A stretch of DNA of 64,000 bases from Minutocellus sp. GHC0000111. Its lineage: Eukaryota. Positions 22,626 through 35,441 of the stretch are shown here, piece after piece (within the stretch, counting starts at the first letter, position 1; every line of letters begins with the position of its first letter). Location: contig OZ361259.1 in the NCBI GenBank assembly GCA_977018835.1, forward strand, positions 434,001 through 498,000, written 5' to 3'. Both the position numbers and the translations under genes were made by a program. The notes below the pieces were generated by a model that was not told the DNA's origin, ran no database searches, and saw only the letters and a list, made by a program, of their open reading frames with translations.

Positions 22626-22866
22626 TTGTGAAGGTACCCAGCTACTAGCTAGCTAGAAGAGTAGTTAGGTCGGAGTGTAACAAGCGGAACTGTATGAAAA
22701 TCGTACGAAGTGTGACGCACAGCATGTCATGGTGTCATCATCATGAAACAGAAAACTCTGCCCTCGTCTTATCAAATCTACGCATGAGCCCTGCCAAGGG
22801 CCGTCTTTCATTGGATACGATCGTAACTCTTCCTACTGTACTAGCTGGACTCGAATTCAAATAATC

Positions 22867-25800
22867 ATGATAATGCCCACATCCGATTCACCCCCACCAC
22901 AACTCCCCTGCCCGCCATCGCCATCACCACAACCCCATCACCGACAACTCTTGAGAAATCGACTGATAATGAGCATCTTCGCGGTAACATTGATGTGGGC
23001 AACGAGCCTCAGGGTGGCCGTGTATGTGGTATCGTACTTTGTCAATGTACCACCTTTTGATTCTGTGGTGGACTCCTGTGAGGGTTCCTATCGCATTACA
23101 AGAGAAGAGCGCCGTCGCTTTGCAGATTGTGTCGACCTGCAAGTGGAGCAATGCAACAATGATTTGGCCAACGCATCCTACAAGGAAACAAGGCGGGTCA
23201 ATACTACCGAAGCAACGAATAAGGCGACCGTCGATGCTGCACGGTCGATCCAGAGCAATTGTTCTTCAGCTTATACGTCGCTCCGGTACTCCATCGAGGC
23301 TTGGGTCGATGCTGGCCACATGGTGCCATATCACTCTAGCACCAGCAACAACACTATCAGCTCAAGTGACTCTACAAATGCATGCACTGCCGATGATTTG
23401 AGCAAGCTCACCAATTCGGTAGGTGACATTAGCGCAGTACGAACAGAAGCATTCTCGGTATCATCGCAGTACAGTGATGAAAGCCAAGCCACCATCCAAA
23501 GGCTAGTGGAGTATGCCCAGCTGAGAGCAGCGTATGATGCAGAATACATTGGTAACCACACCAACAGGATCGAGAATCAGCTTGTTGACTACGCAAGTGG
23601 TATTGAAGTGCCACCGCTAAATGTTGCAGAGCTGTTTGATGACGTTCAGACTGATGTCGATATGCTGGTATCCTGCATCTCGCCACGAAGCACCGAGGAA
23701 GGCGGAGAATGTCCATCGTTTCGAGGTGCTCAAGAGAAATTGGCAGCCATCCATCGGGAGATGGAACGTCGAATGGAGGTTTACAGGAAAGAGATTGATT
23801 CATGGCAAACAAAAGTTAATAAGTACAAATCCAACGTCCAGAGTGCCTATGAGACTGCTGTGCGATTCTATCGGGGAGTCAAGAGAGCCATACCTGATTG
23901 GTTCACTCGATTTGGCAAGTCGGATTGGTGGGATATTGAGGTCGAAGATATTGTCCCCCTCGGCGTTAACTTTCCAGGATCGACACCTACATTTACCGAG
24001 CTCCCCACCTTGGACGATGTATGGGACTCAGTATCGGTGCCGTGGGATTTTTTTCGCATACAGCTAGGAAGCGCAGAAGGCAAGGTCGTACGACGTGCCA
24101 GAGCGCTGGGGAATGACTTTGAGCAAGACATGATTCTCAATTTGCCCAACGTAACTCCAGCAGATTACAATCCTCCATCGTACCGGGGGCCAAATAACGA
24201 GTTTAGCAGCTTGGATGAAGAAAAGACGATGCATGCCAAAAGGAGCCAAGTATTCATGGAAAGAACGGCGGTGGCCCTAGATGCATTCTCAGAGCTTTCG
24301 CAGTCCGAAAACAAGGACGAGATCCTGGGAGATGTATCGTCCTTCTTCAACATTTCGAGCATCCCGACAAAGTTATCCAACGTCGATATCAGCTTCAAGT
24401 CGCTTATCCGACCGGGGATTGAGTTTGACGTATGGTTCCTCCGATTGAATTCATTTGGAGATGTATTGTTTCTATTTGATCTGCTTTATCGGCTCTACAA
24501 TACCGTGCGTGTTTTCTACAAATATTGGGTTGCCGGTGATCTGGAATTGCCAGAAGTAGATATGCGAGTTGCAGTCTCTAGGAGAAGCTCAAGTAGCCGT
24601 GGTAGAAACAGGAAGCAAATTTCAACAGCCAAAGAAGCAGCATCGCCGAATGCCAAAAAGATGTTGGGCACCGGACCCATTCAACATTTAGTGACGATAT
24701 TGATTCATCCAGCCGTGGGGTTTGCAATCTTTGTCTTCTCAATGTGGTGGGCAATATCGATTGCAGTATCTCTCTACAGCCCCCTGTATCAAGAATACAT
24801 GGCCGGGTGTGTGTCCGACGACAACAGTAATGGGACCTTCCTCACTAGCAACCTACTATCGCTGTCGTACAATCACGCCTACCAAGACGGCAGTGCGAAG
24901 CTCCTGGAGGGCTTGGATAGGTTCGATGCCGATAGGGGAGAGATCTGTGCCTCGCGCTATGCCCCCTCAGCCTCAAGGTATCAAAATGATGCCACCATCT
25001 TTGCTTCGTTGTTCGACACTCACAACATAACGGCTTCCAACATGGATCTGATGAAGCGATGCATCGATGTCGATGCCCTCGATGCCGCTTTTCATGACAC
25101 TTGCTGCAACCTCGAGGGCTATTCATATTATCAGTCGTCCTCCTGTCCTGATGATGCTTCTTCTCATGGTGCTCCCAGTGGTGGTGTTTCTGCCAACAGC
25201 ACATGCCCCATGAACGAGCTCGTACAACCACCGGCTCCGTTTTTACCTCCGTCGGAATACATTTTGGCATCTGCTTGCGACGTGGATATGAAGCCGGCGT
25301 CTAAAGAGGAGGAGGAGGAGGAGGATAGTGCATTCGTTTCTTCTTCTTCTTCTTCTTCTTCTTCTTCTTCTTCTTCTTCTTCTTCTTCTTCTTCTTCTTC
25401 TTCTTCTTCTTGGGAAATCAAGGACTCCATCTTTCAATGCGATGCAATGCCCTACTGCGATGTTACCTGCGAAGGACCCAATCAGGACGTGCTGGGACAA
25501 ACGACAAGAGAATGCGGATGTACGGTGGAATGGTTCCTCCACTCGCTTTGGCTCAAGGTTGTGTTATCGCTCATGGTATGGCATAACCAATGCATCTCGG
25601 ATAAGCTTTGTCAATGGCCTGTCAAGGCTGTTGTGGCATCGAATGCATCCCAATCACTTTACAATTCTTTCCAGCTGTCGCGGAGATGGAACATTGATGA
25701 ACAAGCACCACAGCAAGGATGAACAAAATGAACAAGCCGCCCTTATTCGACACGAAATCAATAGAAATATGCTTCGATTTCAGGCCAAGGGCCTTGCGAT

Positions 25801-25891
25801 GGTTGTCTGTGCCGTGTTTGCCAACATTGCTTGGATCTATGCTCTGAGATTGGTAAACTCGTCCTCAACACCAGGTTGGTTGATGAATTGA
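22867..25891 (+). CDS. Large multi-pass, Cys-containing membrane protein of unknown function, frameshifted near 25578
   Basis: 951-aa ORF with several TM segments. After WLKVVLSLMV the plausible continuation GITNASRISFVNGLSRLLW...GLAMVVCAVFANIAWIYAL...PGWLMN* is in the frame of ORF 25328-25891. Confidence 0.6.
25339..25410 (+). repeat. (TCT)24 microsatellite encoding poly-Ser
   Basis: Perfect 72-nt trinucleotide run inside the CDS. Confidence 0.95.
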
Positions 25892-26028
25892 TGGATTACA
25901 TGAATGAATTATTCAGTGGATTATCTCAAGCCAGCTACATGTATTGCCATTTATAATTTGTTACAGCTGTAGCACTCGACGAATTACCTACTAGCTAGTG
26001 TGCCCAGATATACTAGCGTAGCTAGCTG

Positions 26029-26604
26029 TCAATTTGCAGCAAAGTGCAAGCTTTCATCATCTAAAATATGTTCCATATACCGCTTACCACTCCTCCAACC
26101 AGCCTTGGTGCCTTCGCGAAAGGCCTTGCGACACGTCGATAGGACCTCTGGCTTGGGCAAAGTACCAGAGTAGGTAGAACAATGGTCGGAACTTACAGTG
26201 GCAGCCTTCTGAAAGGCATCCTCCTCGCTCCCCTGTCTACAACCGACGGAGGCAGCAACGGGGAATGATCCCATGCATCCCGTAAGACATGATTGATACA
26301 TGGTAGGACGGGGAATGGATTTGCGCTCCTCGTTGCAAAGCATGGAACACTCATTATGCATTGGCCCTAGGTTCGTCTCACATTGTACCTTGTGGCTTTC
26401 CGTCACCTTGAGACGGCGTCGATTTCGTTCCAGCTCCTCTCGAGCCTTTTTGGATGTCGATCTTGCTCTCCCAACAAAGACTCCGCCAACGAGGATGGAG
26501 CAGCCCAGTATTCCGATTGCTACCAGTGCCTTCTTATTTCCCAAAATACCACTCTTCTTTTTGTTTCGTTCCTCCCAGTATTGTTGAGAGGTGTTGGAGT
26601 ACAT
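26029..26604 (-). CDS. Type-II membrane-anchored Cys-rich hypothetical protein
   Basis: One TM helix (ALVAIGILGCSILVGGVFV), an RRL motif and internally repeated PRP/PKP...C..G units. Confidence 0.6.
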   Translation of the reverse strand: MYSNTSQQYWEERNKKKSGILGNKKALVAIGILGCSILVGGVFVGRARSTSKKAREELERNRRRLKVTESHKVQCETNLGPMHNECSMLCNEERKSIPRPTMYQSCLTGCMGSFPVAASVGCRQGSEEDAFQKAATVSSDHCSTYSGTLPKPEVLSTCRKAFREGTKAGWRSGKRYMEHILDDESLHFAAN

Positions 26605-27057
26605 GGCATGTAATGAGCTATTGACTGTAGAGCGGATGGCAATTGGATTTGATATCATAGGATGATTGATGATGGTTGGATGACGTTTCCGTTCCCGACG
26701 TCTAAAAAATTTGGTTTATTTATTTTCACCAACCTGACCGTACCCCTGACCGATCGGCCTTGTCCGCAGCATAGCATAGTAGCGCTGCTGTACGATCGAT
26801 GCAATGCAACCAATCTAGCTGCATTGATTGATTCCAATTCAATGTGATTTTAAAGTTTACCATGGTGATTGGATTCCATAGTTTCACAACTATGCTGAGT
26901 GCATGCAGACCAAAAATATCTATGGATTGACCTGTGCAGTATGAATCGAGGCAGCGAGCGTATGATACGGATGAATGATTGAAAATGTAAAGTACGTAGG
27001 AGGCTCCTCCCAACCCTCTCTGGGATAAGCCCCTTTTTACCCGGGGTATGTTTGTTA

Positions 27058-28912
27058 CTACGTAGTAAGCACCGCAAGCAAGATATGAGCCATTTTCCTT
27101 ACTACTTCTTGGCCTGCTTTTTTTGTATCACCCGAAGACGGTGTGGTTGCTTTGGTTGTAGTACCAGCGGTAGCGCTACCACTAGCATCAGTAGCATCAT
27201 CCTTTCCCACCGCGGAGGCAGCATCAGGTGGCATTGGATCGTCCGGACCGACAGCCAATGACACCGCTGGTCCATGATGAGCCGCCGGGGCAGAAGACGC
27301 CGCTGCCGCCGCCTCCATCGGTGGAGCCCCAGGATGAGAAGGTGGCATTCCAACCGCCATTGGAGGCGGTGGATGATGAGGTTCACCAGCACAAAGGTCT
27401 GCCATTGCATCTGGTTCGCTTACGTAGGACTCTGGAAAGCCCTGAATCTCCAGATTGAGCCTCCGCAGGACCAGGAATTCGTCCATCTCCACCTGTGTCG
27501 ATGCATTCTTGGTCTCCGGAGGCGGTTCGTCCGGTCTGCGCTTCAACTTTGGCTGATAAGGACACACATGCCCCTTTTTCGGAACTCCGCACTGCATCAT
27601 GCATAAAGACAAGGTTCGAACAAATTAAAATTATTAGCAACATGTATATCGAAAAGAGAGGTGAAAATTGTGGATTTCGCCAAAACTCACCTTGCCACAG
27701 CGATAACTGCCACGGGTTGTCCCTATCCGCCTTGGACCTTTTGCTTCCACCCTTGCTGGAACTAGCCGGTGCAGCAGTACTCCCGCCTCCAACAGATGCA
27801 GACGATGTACCGCCACCGCCGCAACCACTGCCACGGTCACCAGAAGAACGAGGACCACTTCCACCCACTTCGGAAAGTGACGAGGCATCGTGCCCATCCA
27901 GCATGGCGATGGCATCACCGGGATGCATCATAGTCCCCGGGGGCGGTCTTCCACGAGGATAGCCACTGCCATGGTGAGGATTACCACGTCCACCATACGC
28001 GCCTTGATAATGCATCCTCACGGCGGGCTCATCGTCACCACCCTCTGGACCACCGCCAATGGGCTGGCAGAGGGCTGGATCGGCACCAGGACCACCAGCA
28101 GGACCGTCGCCAGGACCACCACTAAAGTCGTAAGCCCGAGGATCACCACCACCACCGCCACCACGTCCATCATGCCCATCATGCGGTGGTCTGCCACTGT
28201 GACCAGGAGGGGGCGGACCGTACCCAGCATGCGGATGATGAGGCGGATAGCCATGAGGTGGGTAGCCGTGCGGCGGCGGCCCACCGTAGGGTCCCCCTCC
28301 ACGGGGATATCCCGGTGGCGGACCGCCGTGATACGCGGGATGATAGCCGGGAGGCGGCGGGGGCGTCGAACCACGGCTGCTACCACCGCCATTCTGCTCC
28401 CCACCACTGGGCGCATTGCTCTTACTATTATTCTTCGCAGATGCACCGCCCTTTCCACTGTTACCGCCTTTGGCACCCTTGCCGTTCTTGGGACTCTTTT
28501 TACGAGGTGACGGATTGTTGCTGGCTTCTCCATTTTCACCCGGCATGCCAGGAGGCGGAGGGCCGTGATGGTATCCATACGGCGGCGGAACGCCGGCGGG
28601 TCCTCCCGCTCCATCGCGGAAGATGTGCTGCCCCATACCTTCGTGCGGTGGGGGGTAATGATGCCCATGGGGCGGCGGCGGCCCGTGCCCGTATCCCGGC
28701 GGAGGATACCCACCATAGGCCGGCATGTGATGAGGGGGCGGTCCGTAGCCATAGCCCGGCGGCGGAGGATGACCATGCGGGGGTTGTGGCGGTGCACCTC
28801 CCTCATTGGCGCTTGACGCTGCCGCAGCTTCCGCCGACGCCTTTTGCCGTTTGCCCCCGCCCTGCTCGCCTCCCGGAGGCGGCGATTTGGCCCCCGATTT
28901 CTGCGATGCCAT
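27058..28912 (-). CDS. Pro/Gly/His-rich protein with a YRCGKCGVPKKGHVC zinc-knuckle-like motif; intron 27592-27690; frameshift near 27716
   Basis: Splicing AAG|GTGAGT...CAG|TGC joins SYRCGK to CGVPKKGHVCPYQPKLKR..TQVEMDEFL. The upstream low-complexity ORF is out of frame with RGSYRCGK by a shift just after KADRD. Confidence 0.7.
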
Positions 28913-29413
28913 GGCAGGAGATGGTATGTATTGTTGCAGGCTTTGATAAGGTTGTTGTCCGCCGGTCAGTCCACGTCGATCAAATAAATGAATTGTCTTT
29001 CTTTTGCCGATACTATGTTCGTTCGCCGAAAAAAACTACGTATTCCACCGTCACCGCGCACAAAAGGGAGACTGCAATACCGCGACCGTTGCGTCTACCA
29101 CCGACAAGCTCAGCTCAATATAACCTTCCGCCTAGCTAGACTAGGTCTGTACCGTACCGGCAGGTTCGATTGCGTGCTGCCTGCAGGATACGACGGCAAT
29201 AACAAAGGCACAAGATGTGTGCGCCTTCGTGCAAGCAAAGCAAGCGGAGTGGAAGGTTTTGTTACTCTTTCGAAACCACTATCAGAAGCCACTGGCACAT
29301 TGTCTGACCGGGTAACAAAGAATGAAGCGTTGAGCAGTTGAGCAGTTGAGCGCTGAGATCTTTCGCCTTGAAGAGAAAGAACAAAATGCCAATGCGCAGC
29401 TCATAAATTCCGA

Positions 29414-29884
29414 TTGAATGCAAAGAACAATGACATCGACAACGATTATGCCTCCTTCGACGAAGAGTCAGAAGAAACCTCTCTGGGTCATGTCCAGCGA
29501 CGCCGAGCTGGCCTCCGACGGTTGGACCCAGAAGGCCTTCACGGACGACATTTTACTTCGCTCTCTCCCTTTCCTGTGAGGGCAGACTTTAATTTCTTGC
29601 CCCAGCCACCAGCCCCAGCAACGACGGTGCCGGCAGTGCAGAAGAAGAACGTTCAGAGAAATATCGCATCCAAAAAGGCGAAGAAGCCAAAGCATGCTCT
29701 GAAGGAAAAACTGAGCATCAAAGGCATTACTGACCGAAAAGGGATGTTGACCCTCATCAAGGATGCGCACGAAAGTTTTGAGGACGCGAAAAAGATCAAG
29801 TGCAACTTTAAGCCTATCGAGAACACCAAGACAAGCCATCCAAAGAATACCAAGTATGAGGTAAAGATCCGTATCTGCCTGTAA
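29414..29884 (+). other. Possible gene fragment (Lys-rich ORF without an in-frame ATG start)
   Basis: Protein-like ORF. The nearby ATGs at 29386 and 29392 are out of frame by one base; no family recognised. Confidence 0.25.
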
Positions 29885-30204
29885 TGACATCTCTTCGAAA
29901 AGCACGCACGCACGCACTTTGTGCCATTTCATTCCTTTTCTTTTCGACGACGATGGTAACAATGCATGTATGTAATATATATAGATGATTGAATACACCT
30001 TTTTAGCTCTCTTAATTACTAGCATCAGTAGATGACTGTTTCAAATCCATTTTAGCACACCGTTCACCTTGTAGATCGTATTATAGATTGAATATTTTTA
30101 GTAGTACTGAACAACACTACTGACAAGACTGTTGCTCGTCGCTCGCACCCCTAATGATAAATATAATCCTCTTCTTCATCCTTATTGCAACCTAAAATAC
30201 TCTA

Positions 30205-30999
30205 CTACTCCATCTCTTCTTCCTCCTCCTCATCCCCACTATTCTCCAAGAATTCTGGAAAGAAAGTTTCCAACAAAATATCCCGAACATTGTCAGGGTC
30301 AATACCAGAAAAAGATCTCACTGTGCCCTCAGCATCAACAATGTAATTCGTATTGAAATTCCACTCAATTTCTTGCGGACCATACTGGGCCTTGAGAAAT
30401 TTGTAAACGGGATGCGTCATGGGTCCATTGACATCAATCTTTTGCATCATGAGGAATTCGACTCCATGGAAATCGGCAAATGATTTGATCTCCTGTGGGG
30501 TTCCAGGCTCCTGCTGCCCGAACTGATTACAAGGAAAGGCAAGGATCTGAAACCTATCTGTCCGTCTCAACTCCTCCCACAAATCGATCAGGCCCGTGTA
30601 GTGACTTTCCGTATATCCACATTCACTGGCGACGTTGGTGATGAGGACTATCTTCCCGCGGAACCTCTCGAACTTCACTTTGGACCCCAAGATATGCTTG
30701 GCCTCGAGGTCATAAAAGGACTTCGCAACTACCGGCTGCTTTGCTTTTCTATTAGTGTCAGTTTCCGCAGCAGATGTTGACCAGGCATCTCGAACCTTGC
30801 GATCGTAATCGATGCACGTCGAGAATCTGTCGTCACAGTGAATCTTCATAAAGGATGGGTGGAGCCGACAGGCGTTCGCTTCGGCATATCGATAACATTC
30901 CGATCGAGATGGTTGGCGCATCAAGGAAGAGCAAGATACCAAAGAGACATACTGGGAAAAGATGAGGACCAAGATAGCGACAGGGCGATTGGATATCAT
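30205..30999 (-). CDS. Cys-type glutathione peroxidase with a signal peptide and a ShK-like Cys motif
   Basis: TNVASECGYT, LAFPCNQFGQQEPG, KIDVNG and WNF. The N-terminal signal is followed by ECYRYAEANACRLHPSFMKIHC; the tail is acidic. Confidence 0.88.
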   Translation of the reverse strand: MISNRPVAILVLIFSQYVSLVSCSSLMRQPSRSECYRYAEANACRLHPSFMKIHCDDRFSTCIDYDRKVRDAWSTSAAETDTNRKAKQPVVAKSFYDLEAKHILGSKVKFERFRGKIVLITNVASECGYTESHYTGLIDLWEELRRTDRFQILAFPCNQFGQQEPGTPQEIKSFADFHGVEFLMMQKIDVNGPMTHPVYKFLKAQYGPQEIEWNFNTNYIVDAEGTVRSFSGIDPDNVRDILLETFFPEFLENSGDEEEEEEME

Positions 31000-31389
31000 T
31001 GTGGAATCGCTGCGCTGGCGATTCATCAATGGCGATAATAAGTACTAAGCATGAGGCCATCAGCATGCATGGCCGGCGCGCGGCCGCCGCGCGAGAGCCG
31101 CGCGAGCCGCGAGCCGGCCGAGCCTCAAGCTTTCAAGGCCCTCATGACGTGAGCCGGAAACTATCCCACCACGCTTTCAGCTCAACACAACAACACCTTG
31201 CCGGCCGGCACATGATCGAGCTATCGAGCGCTCGCTCAAGTGTTTTGTCGATACCACTGCGACCTACGCCTAGCAACGTAGCTAGGTGTCACCCCTTGTC
31301 ATTGTTCATCACACAGCATCCTTGCTTTGCGGTGTCAGAAGTGCCCACCCCAAACTGCCATCTGACACACCACCACCCACCACCACACC

Positions 31390-31869
31390 ATGCACTTCCG
31401 AGTGCTCGTTCCGAAAGGGGTCCATGCCGGCCAAACCATCCGAGTCCGCTGTCCGGACGGATCGATGGGAGATGTCAAGATCCCCAAAGGTCTAAATCCA
31501 GGCGATACATTCATATTCGAAATGAGCGTGCCAGACGAGAATGCCGTGAAGGAGGCCCAAAAGGCGCGGACCACTGGCGCTGGTTCGTCGAGCGGAGCAG
31601 CAGGGGGAGGGGGCAGTGGCCTACTACCGCATGTTCCGCGTGGTGCCGGGGGCGTCGCCACAGCCGGAAGTGCATCCGTGGCGGGGACGGCCATCAGTGC
31701 AGCGGCCACTACCTCATCTATCCCTTCGCATGGATGTGGCTTCCTCGACCGAGAGATTGTTGATACTCGCGACTTCGTCGCCGCTCTTGGAGTTGGCATG
31801 TTGATTGGCGTGAGCATAGTATCGGGCTTTTTGGTTGGCGTTTTGATGGCGACGGAACCAGATTTGTGA
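31390..31869 (+). CDS. Small tail-anchored hypothetical protein (FRV.VP.GV..GQ..RV..P.G repeat-type domain)
   Basis: Two VP.G..G.T.. half-repeats and a C-terminal hydrophobic helix. Confidence 0.65.
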   Translation: MHFRVLVPKGVHAGQTIRVRCPDGSMGDVKIPKGLNPGDTFIFEMSVPDENAVKEAQKARTTGAGSSSGAAGGGGSGLLPHVPRGAGGVATAGSASVAGTAISAAATTSSIPSHGCGFLDREIVDTRDFVAALGVGMLIGVSIVSGFLVGVLMATEPDL

Positions 31870-32560
31870 ATACATCATCGGATAAATCGGTGCAAGCGAT
31901 CAAGGCGCGGTAGTGTTGCGTTGGTTCGGGCGTAACAGATCGCAGACAGTGACTGGGTCGAAGAAACAGAATGATGAAGGATGGTACCACATCACATGCG
32001 AAGAATCGTGCACCGACACGCAGGAAAATCTTCACCATTCTTCAACTGCCTTGTAAGCTCCATATCTCACCTGAGAATAATGCAGGACCGGCAATGTGTC
32101 TTCTCCCTCTCTCGCCTCCAGCGGATACATGTACCAGTAGTAACGCGACGAGACCGACCAGCGCCAGAGGCGCAAAATGGGTTTGAATGACAAAAGCAAG
32201 TGCAACAGGTCCTCCAGCTTACATACAAATGGTACACTATGCTCGTCGGGCAGGCAGAAGGCAAAGGAGAGGTAGATCAAAAGAGAGCGAGAGGGCGATT
32301 GATGTTCGTTCTTTCCACACGAACGGTAGAAAAAGGGAAGGGAGAATAGATCTACAGTAGAAGACTAAGGAACGCAAGCAACCCAAGATGCTTTTGATAA
32401 CTTCTTTAGGATTTATTCAGCGAGAGCAAGTTAATGGAGCCATTATCGTGCGTTCGATGCGTTTGCACGTTGCCTGCCGTTGCGTTGTCGGTCGATACCA
32501 ATCTCCCGTTTATGGGTGTCAAGATCGCGTACGCACGTCGTTTATTTCCACCAATCGAAG

Positions 32561-33514
32561 ATGAACAACTCCCTGCTTTGGACCGCCGCAGTCGCGCCCA
32601 TGTTGCTCTTGACTCGCACTGTGGCCGCTTTCACACCAATTGGACGTTTGATCGCACAGCGGTCTCCCTTGACAGCTGCGAGAATAACCACTGCGGCTGC
32701 AACTGCCAACCCAGCCATAACTGAGATCACCGATCAGGGCGTTTACATCGTCAATGCCGAGCCAGACCGGTTGCCAGATCCATTGCACAATGATTACTAC
32801 CTACTGCGACACGGTCAGAGCGAGGGAAATGTTGAAGGTGTGATATCATCAGCGCGGAGTTTGGCAACCAGCGAGAAGCATTCGCTCACCCCTCTGGGAT
32901 ACGAGCAGGGTCGAGACTCGGCCAAGCAACTTCTGGATAAAATCGAGAGCGAGGGAGATGGAGGTACACCAGACAAGAAGAGGAGGGTATTCTTTTACAG
33001 CTCTCCCTTTGCTAGAGCCAGACAGACTGCCAAAGCTTGCATGGATGCTCTTTTGGGCGACGAGGCCAATAGAAAGAAAGTTGAAGAGTTGAATTTGGAC
33101 ATTCAGACCGATGCTGGCGTTATTCTGGAAGACGGTATCATGGAGCGCTATTTCGGGCGTCTTGACGATGCAGCCATTCATACGTATGCCTATGTGTGGC
33201 CAGTGGACATGTTCACGCCGTTTAACACCGGTTTTGATGTAGAAAGCGTCGCAGCAGTTTCCACTCGTTTGCGAGAGACTGTCATGAAGATTGACGAAAG
33301 CGAACGACACTCAGATGCGGAGGAGGGAGATATTGTCGTCATGGCGTCGCATGCCGACGTACTGCAGATATTATAGGTCTATGCCTCTGGTGCTGAAAAT
33401 ATAGGTCTGTTTAGTCAGTACAGATTTGCCAATGGGGAAATTCGCAAGATGAAGAGAACCGTCGATAGCCTCCCGACGCCTCAACCCCTTGCCCCGCCGG
33501 AAAAGGGCACGTAA
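32561..33514 (+). pseudogene. Histidine phosphatase (phosphoglycerate-mutase-like), plastid-type N-terminus, with an in-frame TAG at 33374-33376
   Basis: LLRHGQSEGN, YSSPFARARQTA, ERYFG and ASHADVLQIL. After the TAG the frame continues VYASGAENIGLFSQYRFANGEIRKM...* for 45 codons to TAA 33512-33514. The N-terminus is a signal peptide followed by AA-FTP. Confidence 0.8.
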
Positions 33515-33658
33515 TCTACCTGTAACAAACAAGATGCAACCAATATGTTGTTCTACGCTACGTAGCTAGCTACGTAGTATAGTTTGTGATTATTTTATTG
33601 TACAACAACATTGTTACTTTTACATACATTAGCATATACATTATATCGGCATGCTATT

Positions 33659-35441
33659 CTATGGGTCATTCATGAACACATTGCCGTTCCGATGCTCAGA
33701 TTTCGGCTGCGGAGCCATCACCGGCCAAACAAAGCGCTTGGACATGGGCAATTCTTCACACCTATAATTGGCTGCTGCCCAGTCATCAGGGCCCAAGGCC
33801 TCCCCACTGTCGACCCGAGATACATCGCGGGGAAAATAATAGTCGAAGACCATCATGTTGTATCTCATCAGACTTCTCACCAAATCATTCAAAGTAATAT
33901 CTGAAGAAGTCACCTTGGTAGACTCATGGAGTAGGAATGCCTCGAAGTGATCTCTTTTGACACAAAGCTCACTCAACATGGTTTCTTCTACGTATGCTAC
34001 GACTTCGTCGTAATGAGGGCCGCCAATGGCCGCCATTGGGTCAACCACGAACGGCTGTCCCGAGAATCGAGATTGGATGTCACAAATCATGTTATTTGTC
34101 CTCGCACGGTATAGATTCTCAGTCGTTCTCGTCCATATGGCCCTTCCGGCGTCAATCTGCTGAGCGAGAAAAGTCACAACATCGTCATAGCTGTCCTTGA
34201 GTGTAAAAGTCGTTTCGTTGAGAAACGATGCAACGACCTCTAAATCATCGTTTAGCAATGAAAGACGATTATTTTCTCTCGCCAATGCCATGGCCGTCGA
34301 GTTGAGATTTTGTACTTTGAATGTAAGCTCTTCATTTGTGCTTTCCAGTGTGTCCACGTGCTCCCCAAGAATTAGATTTTCCTTTGCGTACGAGGCAACG
34401 GTTGCATCGAGCCTTTTGTTTACCATCGATAGAGTGTTGACCTGTGTTTGAAGGTCATTCGTAGTCTCATCCGGTTGTAAGTTGAGCTCTTGGTAGCGAA
34501 CATTCGAAGCATTGAGCATGTCATATAAACGGATATTGTCGGCGGTGACATCCGCCAATTCCAGATTCAGCTCGGCATACAAAGCGTTGGTGTTGTTGAA
34601 CTTTACAATCTCGGACGCAAAGACGGTGTTCTCCTCTTCAAGACGATCATTTAGCTCAGAAAACTTAACATTTTCTTCCTCAAGGCGATCGACCTGTGCC
34701 GTCAGCAGCTTCACCTGCGTCTGCAGCTCCTCTATTTGGGCTGTGAGCCCAGGGATTGTAAACCATTCCGACAGCAGATATGCCCCGCCACCCGTCAATG
34801 CCACTACGACAATGCCAGCAACGGCAATTACGGGCTTGGAAAATGCGATCGCCTTGGATTGCTTCGATCGCTTGTACGTGTGTTTGTGCTCGATGGTGTA
34901 GACAGAATCAGACGGACTTGTGGGTGTGGTGGCAACTGTCGAGGGAGTGTCGAGGTGAGATGTCCTGGTTTTGTTGCTGCTTGTCTTTTTACCAGAATGG
35001 TCTTCCCAAACATCACAAGTATTGATGGTCAGTGATGGCTTTGTGCGGGGGGGGAGGAGTATGTATTGGTATTGTTGTTGTTGTTGGCGCTGTGTTGGAG
35101 CCGTGCATGTAGTCGTTGTTCACATCTTCTTCAAACGACACGACCGGCGTTCCTAGTTCAATGTCGTTATCGATGCTGGGCAGTGTTGGCTCGGGGGTAC
35201 TAGTACGGGTGGGCGGCGCGGCATCGATCGTCGCGACCTCGCTGCTGGTGCTGGACTGCGACGGTGAGCCAGGCGACAGCAGATGGGGAACGTGATCGGT
35301 TTCAGCCTCGGGAGAGGAACACCTCGCTGCTCCGATGGTGGCATCCCAAATGGGAGAGTTGGTGGCCCTTGGTGGTACTGGCGGTGCTGGCGGCACTGAC
35401 ACCTCATCAGCGATGTTTGTTTCGTCGTCGCCGTCGTTCAT
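33659..35441 (-). CDS. Single-TM coiled-coil protein; one gene split by a frameshift in a G8 run (35047-35054)
   Basis: Removing one base joins ORF 35013-35441 to TKPSLTINTC...FSKPVIAVAGIVVVALTGGGAY and on into ORF 33659-34804. Confidence 0.65.

Noticed and set aside
33374..33376. TAG=Gln genetic code reassignment
   Set aside because: Several intact genes here terminate with TAG (e.g. 1788, 10663, 13642, 39901, 56191), and only one internal TAG was found.
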